NCBI GenBank assembly: GCA_964458525.1 | Contig: CAYWJE010000001.1 | Span: 1-48,520, forward strand | From: an uncultured Verrucomicrobiota bacterium | Lineage (GTDB): Bacteria > Verrucomicrobiota > Kiritimatiellia > JAAZAB01 | Direction: 5' to 3' | DNA: 48,520 nucleotides | In this document: positions 42,103 through 48,520 of the stretch, one piece after another | How positions within the stretch are numbered: the first letter of the stretch is position 1 | Layout: the number at the start of each line of letters is the position of its first letter | Notes under the pieces: generated by a model | Told to the model about the DNA's origin: nothing | What the model saw: the letters and a program-made list of their open reading frames with translations, nothing else | The model's database searches: none | Translations under genes and position numbers: made by a program

Positions 42103-43710
42103 ATGAAATCATTGATGAGAATGGTTCTTGCCGCGGCAGTGAGCCTCGCGGCTTGCGGCGCGCGCGCAAACAATTTGTCCGTCACAAACGTTACGATAAC
42201 CGTGCGCGACACCACCACGGCCTGGATTCATTTCGATATTTCATGGGAAAACTCCTGGCGCTACACGAACGTCAACCATGACGCCGCGTGGGTCTTCTTT
42301 AAGATCAAGGAGGACGGAAGCGACGTATGGAATCATGCAATACTCGAGGCCGATGCGGTGATAAATCCCTCCGGCTACTCGGTTGACTCGGGGACGGAGC
42401 TGGATTTCATCGTGCCGGAGGACAAAGTCGGTGTGTTCGTACGGCGTAAGAATGAAGGTGATGGAACGCTGGATTCTTCGGGCGTGTCGGTGTTGTGGAA
42501 TTTTTCCTCCAACAGTCTGCCACAGACGGCGCGGGCGTGGGTGAAGGCCTGCGCTTTCGAGATGGTGTATGTCGTTGAAGGACAGTTCTATCTCGGCTGC
42601 GGCGCGGAGACAAACAAGGTGGTCGGCTCGTTCACCGACGGAGCGTGGACTGCCGGCACACCCACTAGTTTTCCATTTCTCGTTACATCGGAGGACGCGA
42701 TAACCATCGGCAACAATCCCGGCGAGCTGTGGGGGACATCGAGCAGCGGGAATAGCACGATCGGCGGGGCAGGTGTCCTCTCCAACGCTTTTCCCAAGGG
42801 ATATGCCGCCTTCTACTGCATGAAGTACGAGGTCACACAGGGCCAGTACCGCGATTTTCTCAACACGCTCACCCGCGACCAGCAGATCAGACGGACGCAG
42901 ACCCAGATCTCCGATGCCTTCGTCATGAAAGCATACGAGGATAGTGATTGGACCGTAATTGGCCAACGCATTGGCATACGCTGTCCTTCCGTTGTCCCCG
43001 ATCCGTCGGCAGTGATAACCTTCGGCTGCGACGGCAATTCGAACGAGATATTAAATGAGCCCGATGATGCCGGGAACCGGGTATGCGGCAACTTCGGCTG
43101 GGGAGATATCGCGGCTTATGCGGACTGGGCCGGTCTGCGGCCCATGACCGAGCTTGAATTCGAAAAAGCGTGCAGGGGCCCGCTGCCCCCGGTTCAGTGC
43201 GAATACGCGTGGGGCAGCACGAATATCGTTGTCCTGGCGAGCCAGAACGACGATGGCACAGGCTACGCCACCGTTAAGACTCCGGTGGGGGCCAATTGCT
43301 ATCATGACATCTCATTGAGCGGGCCAAGACGGGCGGGGCTATACGCGACGGCAGCTTCCTCGCGGGAGCAATCAGGAGGCTCGTACTGGGGGATAATGGA
43401 ACTGACCGGCAATGTCAACGAACGCATCATCTCGGTGTCGCGGACGGAAGGCCGATCCTATACAGGATTGCACGGCGACGGCGTGCTGGATAGCTATGGC
43501 GACGCGAGTGTGTCAGGCTGGCCGGGATCCACCGCCTACGGCACCGGAATGCGCGGCGGGCGATGGTATTATGCAAGCACGTGGGGACTGCACACATCGA
43601 ACAGGGTCTACGCGAACGCCGTTCAGCCGAATCGTTTACATTCCAACAACAAGGGCTGCCTGCCCGGCGCGCGGCATGTGCGCACGGCGCCGGTCGGGGC
43701 GGGACCTTGA
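42103..43710 (+). CDS. Secreted FGE/SUMF1-fold protein, type A (second cassette)
   Basis: The ATG at 42103 lies 10 nt after the previous stop and is preceded by GAGGGA. Signal peptide MKSLMRMVLAAAVSLAACGARA|NNL. FVMKAYEDSDWTVIGQRIGIRCP and GCLPGARHVRTAPVGAGP match 1496..3148. Confidence 0.8.
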   Translation: MKSLMRMVLAAAVSLAACGARANNLSVTNVTITVRDTTTAWIHFDISWENSWRYTNVNHDAAWVFFKIKEDGSDVWNHAILEADAVINPSGYSVDSGTELDFIVPEDKVGVFVRRKNEGDGTLDSSGVSVLWNFSSNSLPQTARAWVKACAFEMVYVVEGQFYLGCGAETNKVVGSFTDGAWTAGTPTSFPFLVTSEDAITIGNNPGELWGTSSSGNSTIGGAGVLSNAFPKGYAAFYCMKYEVTQGQYRDFLNTLTRDQQIRRTQTQISDAFVMKAYEDSDWTVIGQRIGIRCPSVVPDPSAVITFGCDGNSNEILNEPDDAGNRVCGNFGWGDIAAYADWAGLRPMTELEFEKACRGPLPPVQCEYAWGSTNIVVLASQNDDGTGYATVKTPVGANCYHDISLSGPRRAGLYATAASSREQSGGSYWGIMELTGNVNERIISVSRTEGRSYTGLHGDGVLDSYGDASVSGWPGSTAYGTGMRGGRWYYASTWGLHTSNRVYANAVQPNRLHSNNKGCLPGARHVRTAPVGAGP

Positions 43711-43790
43711 CGGTGGAGCAAACGATGACTAGCCGGCGGGCAGGGAACGCGGATTTGGAATTTCGTTCCGTGTTGTGCAAAAGGTATTTT

Positions 43791-44471
43791 ATGAACTTAC
43801 GATGGCTATTAATGATACCGATTGCCCTGGGCATCATGTCCACTCCGGCCCGGGCGCAAAGCTGGAGCACAAACTTCGTTTGTTTCCGCGGCGGGTCGTA
43901 TGACGGATGGGATGAGAGCATGAGCACCAACTCAATGGGGCTTGGCGGAGGTTCCGTTTCTCTATCCTCGGGAAGCGATCAGACACTGAACTGGTCGGAC
44001 ACCGAGGCGCCGTTACAGACAATGACCGTCTCGGTCCTTGACGAGGGCACCCCGCTGGTCATCACCGCCGGCGACACGATCCGCATAGATGTGCCTGCGA
44101 ACTGGGAGTGCCGGTTCAATATTTCGGTGACTACTCCCGCCTTCGGAGGCGGAGCCGCCGGCAAGGTGAGTTCCGTCGTTACCTATTCGGGAGACGGACG
44201 AACATTAATAATGCATGTGACTGCGGACTTCCGCAATGATGACGTTCTGACAATAGGCGGAATCAAACTCGTCAACCTCCCAATGTGCCCGCCGGGAGGG
44301 GCGAAGCTGGAACTCGATTTCACCGGCGATGGAAACAGGGATGCCTATGATGAGTATTGGCTGCTTCTGAGTGCCGTATGGCCCGGCGGATCGTACGACG
44401 GCTGGGATGAAAACAGGACCTCCGACCCAAAGCGTTTCTGGAGGCCAAGAGGCACAATACTGATGTGGTGA
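43791..44471 (+). CDS. Small secreted protein S2, paralog of 4892..5596
   Basis: The ATG at 43791 is in frame with ORF 43563..44471. Signal peptide MNLRWLLMIPIALGIMSTPARA. SWSTNFVCFRGGSYDGWDES ... WPGGSYDGWDEN ... FWRPRGTILMW. Confidence 0.7.
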   Translation: MNLRWLLMIPIALGIMSTPARAQSWSTNFVCFRGGSYDGWDESMSTNSMGLGGGSVSLSSGSDQTLNWSDTEAPLQTMTVSVLDEGTPLVITAGDTIRIDVPANWECRFNISVTTPAFGGGAAGKVSSVVTYSGDGRTLIMHVTADFRNDDVLTIGGIKLVNLPMCPPGGAKLELDFTGDGNRDAYDEYWLLLSAVWPGGSYDGWDENRTSDPKRFWRPRGTILMW

Positions 44472-44635
44472 CGAGCATTCGCGCCACGGTTTTGCGGGAC
44501 TGACAGAAAAAGCAAAACACATGCCTGCCTTCGCGAAGGAGGAAGGTAACAAATCAAGGAGTCAGAACCGGATGGTTTTTGGGCCATTTCGCATTCTGAC
44601 TACTGACTCCTGGTAATATACTCGGCGTGTGTTTG

Positions 44636-44663
44636 ACGGCCGCACAGGCTGTACGGCCCTACC
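44636..44663 (-). repeat. REP-like GC hairpin element, copy C (inverted orientation, diverged)
   Basis: The reverse complement reads GGTAGGGCCGTACAGCCTGTGCGGCCGT. It shares GGTAGGGC, ACAG, CCTG and GCCGT with copies A and B. The stem is GGCCG/CGGCC rather than GGCGCG/CGCGCC. Confidence 0.35.
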
Positions 44664-44866
44664 ATCAATGAGAATGGCAGGGCGGGCAGTGCTTACGCAC
44701 AGGCGCTACAGGCGGGTGCCGACCCTCCCACCAAATACGGGGCGGGAAGGACGGCTATGCAAAACGCTTGGCAAGCATTCTGCCGTCCGCTGGTATATTC
44801 AAATGCACGGAAAAATCTGACGGTATGCCATCAGAGGCCGGACTGACTCCTGAGTGCTTACCAAAT

Positions 44867-45303
44867 ATGAAGACGAACGGTATGTATCGGACACTTACAG
44901 CCGCGCTGCTGCTGACCTTGGCGTGTCAGGAGAGGAGATTCTTATTACAGATGCCGTTATGAAGGCCGCATATTCGTGTTTTACGGGAACCAACGAGCCG
45001 TATATTGTGACAGAGGGAACCGCATCAGTTGAATGGAATGAAAGGAACATCACAAACGATCCGCTATTTGCGGCGACAGGGGACGTTCATTTGCGCAGTC
45101 GCGGCGGACGCTGGGACAACGCAGTCCAGGAATGGGTGGAAGATGACGATATCAGCCCGTGCATTGACGCGGGTGATCCGGAGGACGCAGTTGGCGACGA
45201 AACCAGGCCGAACGGGAACAGGATCAACATGGGCGCCTACGGAAGAACCGCGCGGGCGTCCAGAACATGGAAGCAGCCGAGGTCAATCATAAGTATTTAC
45301 TAG
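44867..45303 (+). pseudogene. Remnant of a Pmp-type beta-helix gene: signal peptide (one frame) + C-terminal module (another frame)
   Basis: The ATG at 44867 encodes MKTNGMYRTLTAALLLTLAC..., stopping at 44962. A different frame from ~44929 reads GEEILITDAVMKAAYSCFTGTNEPYIV...DPLFAATGDVHLRSRGGRWDNAVQEWVEDDDISPCIDAGDPEDAVGDETRPNGNRINMGAYG, collinear with the last ~125 aa of 34081..37071. Confidence 0.6.
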
Positions 45304-45317
45304 AGGCTCGACATAAG

Positions 45318-46298
45318 ATGACCACAAGCGATATCAATTGGTTCCGGCAGTGCGGCTGGGGCGTGATGGTGCATTACCTCGCTGAGCCGGCTGGCTCCTG
45401 CGACAAGCCCGATATGAGCGTTGAAAAATGGAATTCGCTGATAAATGCGTTTGATGTGGACGGACTTGCGCGACAGCTTGAAAAGGCGGGAGCCGGGTAC
45501 CTGATTATCACGCTGGGCCAGAATACCGGGTTCTACCTGGCCCCCAACGAAACCTACGACAGAATAGTGGGGCGACAGCCGAGCCGCTGCTCGCGGCGCG
45601 ACCTGGTGGCGGACCTTTCGCGGGCGCTGGCGGCAAGGAATATAAAGCTGATGGCGTACCTACCATCAAATGCTCCAATTTTTGACCCGCTGGCTGTTGA
45701 AAAATTGGAGTTCGCGCCGGCCTGGCCGAACCGCGATCCGCTTTGGTGCGGACTGAAGGCGGGTGATATCAAGCCGGTGGAGGGCGTGGACTCCCGACTG
45801 AGCCGGTTTCAGCGGCATTGGGAGGCCGTTATCACAGAATGGTCGCTTCGATGGGGTAGAAAAGTTGCAGGGTGGTGGATTGACGGCTGTTATCATGCTG
45901 ATCTGATGTATGATTTCCAGGATGAACCCAACTGGCAAAGCTTCATAAGGGCGTTGAAGGCGGGCAATCAGGATGGCATTGTCGGGTTCAACCCGGGCGG
46001 AGGTCACTTCCCCCTGCATTCGGCGACACCACTGGAGGATTTCACCGCAGGCCACGATCCCGGCAAGTGCTTGAACCTGTGTGCCGGGCCAAAAGTCTCC
46101 GGAGTGCAATGGCATTCATTGTGCCGATTGGGAACAAGCTGGGGCGGGGGCGAGCTTCGTTTCTGTAACAATATGGTAAAAGGTTACACCTCAGAGGTCA
46201 TATCCAGGGGCGGTGTCATAACCTGGGATGTGCCAGCGGGCGAAAACGGGCTTCTGCGCGAGGAATTCGCGGCTCAGTTGGAATGTCTCGTGCTATAA
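45318..46298 (+). CDS. GH29-like (alpha-L-fucosidase-fold) protein, cytoplasmic
   Basis: The ATG at 45318 is in frame with ORF 45267..46298. WFRQCGWGVMVHYL, FDVDGLARQLEKAGAGYLIITLGQNTGF, RRDLVADLSRALAARNIKLMAYLPS and KVAGWWIDGCY are collinear with GH29 blocks as I recall them. The HHDGF block is not conserved, so the assignment is weak. Confidence 0.5.
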   Translation: MTTSDINWFRQCGWGVMVHYLAEPAGSCDKPDMSVEKWNSLINAFDVDGLARQLEKAGAGYLIITLGQNTGFYLAPNETYDRIVGRQPSRCSRRDLVADLSRALAARNIKLMAYLPSNAPIFDPLAVEKLEFAPAWPNRDPLWCGLKAGDIKPVEGVDSRLSRFQRHWEAVITEWSLRWGRKVAGWWIDGCYHADLMYDFQDEPNWQSFIRALKAGNQDGIVGFNPGGGHFPLHSATPLEDFTAGHDPGKCLNLCAGPKVSGVQWHSLCRLGTSWGGGELRFCNNMVKGYTSEVISRGGVITWDVPAGENGLLREEFAAQLECLVL

Positions 46299-46373
46299 TG
46301 CCTTTATTGTTTTAACAAAAACCCGTCACGGATTCAGGATAATCCGACAAGACACCGATAGGGAAGTTGGTTC

Positions 46374-46631
46374 ATGAAACAAAGATGTATGGTTTTGTCT
46401 GAAACGTTCGCATTGATCTTGGCGACCGTGCTGGGAGCATCGGCCGCAGACTGGTTTGTGACAACCAACGGGACAGGCTATGGATCCGGTTGGGAGGATC
46501 CAACCAACAGCATCCAGGGTGCGATTGACGCGTCCGATCCCTCGTCCAGCTCGCCCGTGACCATCTGGGTGTCGAACGGCGTTTACGAGGCCATTCCTCC
46601 GCCCGCCGGCACATTCCTTCACATATGGTGA
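46374..46631 (+). pseudogene. Truncated 5' fragment of a beta-helix protein gene (85 codons)
   Basis: Signal peptide MKQRCMVLSETFALILATVLGASA, then ADWFVTTNGTGYGSGWEDPTNSIQGAIDAS...TIWVSNGVY. This matches the N-terminal pattern of 34081..37071 (QDWFVPNDGDGDGRSW...ALASADDGDVLWLAAGTY). It stops after 85 codons, before any beta-helix repeats. Confidence 0.45.
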
Positions 46632-46666
46632 CGGGATTGCGGAAACAAATGCCAAGAAGCAGGTTT

Positions 46667-48466
46667 ATGAAAACAGCATATCTATCAACGGTACTGGCCG
46701 GCGCCTGCGTACTTGCGGCGTCGGCTCAAACGAAAGCACTGGAGGGTTGGCTCATGCAGGATAGCGGAATTGAAATTGAGACTGACAACTGGCTAGAAGA
46801 AAAGAAGGAACCTGTTCCGGATATCAAGCCGAAGGAGCTGTTCAAGGCGAAGCCGGCGCGAGCTGTCTCCACTTTTGAATGTATTGGCCTTTACTGGACT
46901 CCTGAAGGCGGCGGTGAGAATGTCACGTGCATGCCAAAATATCGTCCGTCGGACGCAGCCGAGTGGAAAGAGGGATTTCCGCTCTGGTTTGACTCACGAG
47001 ACAGAGAATACCGTGGCTCGCTCGTTCACTTGAACCCGGGAACAACATACGAGATCGAACTGGCTCTCGCCGGATCCGGAGTTAAGACAAACATCCGGGC
47101 CGCGACATGGAGCGAAGATTTCCCAATCTCTGAAACCGTACGGGTGGACGAGATGTCATCCGTGCCACTTGTGATAACCAAAGGCGGAACGCCGGACGGC
47201 TATATCCTCTACGCTCCGATTGAAGGAAAGGCCGCAGTCATAGAAGGCGCCGACAAGCTCAGGCAATGCGTTGAAGTGCGTGCTTCCTATGTGATCGTTC
47301 GCGGGCTTACGCTGAAAAGTCCCGCCGTGCACGGCATTCTGCTTGCAAGAGATGTGCATGATGTTGTTATCGAGGAGTGCGACATAAGCGGCTGGGGACG
47401 CATATCGAAGGACGGCTACGGCTTTGAGATGGATGCGGGTATTTTTGCCGCCGGCAACGAGAACAAGCTCTATTCAGCGCATTGCGCGGTTGAGAGAGCA
47501 ATCATACAGCGGAACAGGATACATCATCCCCGTTCAGACGCCAACAGCTGGGCGGAGAAGCCGCGCCCCGGCAGGTCGAGCACACACCCGGAGGGTCCGC
47601 AGGGCATAGTTCTGGGCGCCAGCGAGGGCAACCACGTCATCCGCTTCAACGAGATTTTCTCGGATGAAGAGCATTGTTTTAATGACGGAATGGGCGGGTG
47701 GCATAACTACAGTGAGCGCGGGTTCCCGAACCGCGACACGGATATCTACGGGAACATAATCCGCAACTGCTGGGATGATGCAATCGAATCGGAGGGCGCG
47801 AACTGCAACGTACGAATATGGGGCAATTTCCTTGACACCACGTATGTCGCCATCGCCTGCGCGACCACCTCGATCGGTCCGCTCTACGTATGGCGAAACG
47901 TGTCGGGCGTGGCACGCGGCAGCCTGAAGCCGCCCTTCCACGGGGGGTTTCTCAAGACGAGCAACAGAAAGGGCGGCGGAAAGATATATGTCTTCCACAA
48001 CATAACGCTTCAACCGCCGCCGCTGCCGGGAACGACCCATACCCGCGGCGCCACGCTGCTTCTCGGCTGGTGCCCGATGCTGAACGTGCTGAGCCGGAAC
48101 AACATTCTGCACGTCAACGATTCTGAGCCGGAAAATCGCTATTCCATCAAGGAGTTCCCGGGTAGCGGTCAGGGCGATTACGATTATGATCTCTACAGCG
48201 GACTTCTCATCATTCCAGATGGAAACGAGAGCCACGGGATAAAAGGTGTTCCGGTGTACGAATCGCCGGTGGTCTCTGAACCAGTCGCAGCATCCTGCCG
48301 ATTCACACTAGCGGAGTCCAGCCCCGGCCGCGGCGCAGCCGTGCGGCTGCCGAATTTCAATGACAATTTCTCAGGCAAGGCGCCTGACATCGGCGCGCAC
48401 GAGTCCGGATCGCCGCCCATGGAGTTCGGAGTTGATGCATACAGGAAAGCCGCAGTCAGCCAGTGA
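46667..48466 (+). CDS. Secreted right-handed parallel beta-helix (pectin-lyase-fold) protein
   Basis: Signal peptide MKTAYLSTVLAGACVLAASAQT (ATG 46667; 46649 is also possible). Beta-helix-type blocks: VIVRGLTLKSPAVHGILL, VVIEECDISGWG, IIQRNRIHHPRSD, GNIIRNCWDDAIESEGANCNVRIWGNFLD. Confidence 0.65.
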   Translation: MKTAYLSTVLAGACVLAASAQTKALEGWLMQDSGIEIETDNWLEEKKEPVPDIKPKELFKAKPARAVSTFECIGLYWTPEGGGENVTCMPKYRPSDAAEWKEGFPLWFDSRDREYRGSLVHLNPGTTYEIELALAGSGVKTNIRAATWSEDFPISETVRVDEMSSVPLVITKGGTPDGYILYAPIEGKAAVIEGADKLRQCVEVRASYVIVRGLTLKSPAVHGILLARDVHDVVIEECDISGWGRISKDGYGFEMDAGIFAAGNENKLYSAHCAVERAIIQRNRIHHPRSDANSWAEKPRPGRSSTHPEGPQGIVLGASEGNHVIRFNEIFSDEEHCFNDGMGGWHNYSERGFPNRDTDIYGNIIRNCWDDAIESEGANCNVRIWGNFLDTTYVAIACATTSIGPLYVWRNVSGVARGSLKPPFHGGFLKTSNRKGGGKIYVFHNITLQPPPLPGTTHTRGATLLLGWCPMLNVLSRNNILHVNDSEPENRYSIKEFPGSGQGDYDYDLYSGLLIIPDGNESHGIKGVPVYESPVVSEPVAASCRFTLAESSPGRGAAVRLPNFNDNFSGKAPDIGAHESGSPPMEFGVDAYRKAAVSQ

Positions 48467-48520
48467 ACCTATAAGGAGCAGTTCATCCGCTCTCGCGGCT
48501 GAACTGCTCATATTAACTTC

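Noticed and set aside
44629-44820. Small ORFs in non-coding stretches: 44629..44820 (MAGRAVLTHRRYRRVPTLP...), 38288..38554 minus strand, 15747..16031, 7853..8083.
   Set aside because: They are translations of GC-rich repeat or hairpin elements or of gene ends. They have Arg-rich composition, no start context and no motif support.
46299-46373. Small stems after the GH29-like gene (GTTTT-aac-AAAAC and CGGATT-caggat-AATCCG) as a terminator, or as a relative of the GACAGGAT motif.
   Set aside because: The stems are only 5-6 bp with no following T-run. The similarity to the GxxExxY bracket is limited to CAGGATnATCC, which is within chance expectation.
1-48520. Search for tRNA, rRNA, CRISPR, prophage, integrase, transposase, toxin-antitoxin or known defence-system genes.
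   Set aside because: No T-loop or anticodon-arm-like structures stood out in the gaps. There are no spaced direct repeats. No ORF shows integrase, transposase, nuclease-helicase or ATPase defence hallmarks. The only nuclease-fold gene is the small, apparently degenerate GxxExxY ORF.

Overview
GC-rich bacterial chromosomal segment, almost entirely coding. I support 26 protein-coding genes (25 on the + strand, in tight co-directional arrays) plus 2 decayed gene fragments. I found no rRNA, tRNA, CRISPR array, transposase, integrase, transporter or transcription factor. Most products are secreted enzymes or surface-type proteins of a glycan deacylation and degradation locus: a neutral-ceramidase-like hydrolase, a beta-lactamase-fold serine hydrolase, an AXE1/CE7-type acetyl esterase, two CBM9-like + SGNH-like proteins flanking a metallophosphoesterase, three DUF4838-like proteins, a GH29-like protein and beta-helix proteins. 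This repertoire resembles PVC-group glycan degraders, but that is inference only. The window is highly paralogous, and that is where the interesting signals are. (1) A three-gene cassette occurs twice (1496..5596 and 40461..44471): two secreted FGE/SUMF1-fold proteins with an unrecognised N-terminal module, plus a small secreted partner. The A/B gene order is swapped between copies, and there is codon-level evidence of gene conversion between tandem neighbours. The FGE-fold domains lack the catalytic Cys pair, and no sulfatase gene is nearby. (2) A short C-terminal (P)RG-hydrophobic tail is shared by five secreted proteins of three unrelated architectures. (3) Three paralogs of a large signal-peptide-less protein (L family) are each followed by genes for tail-bearing proteins. 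(4) One of the two CBM9-SGNH paralogs has lost the Ser, Gly and His catalytic positions. Other features: a low-GC GxxExxY cassette bracketed by inverted GACAGGAT arrays and carrying a compensated double frameshift; a REP-like GC hairpin family; an operator-like 18-bp palindrome; and remnants of beta-helix genes. All family assignments come from motif recognition by eye and need HMM or BLAST confirmation.
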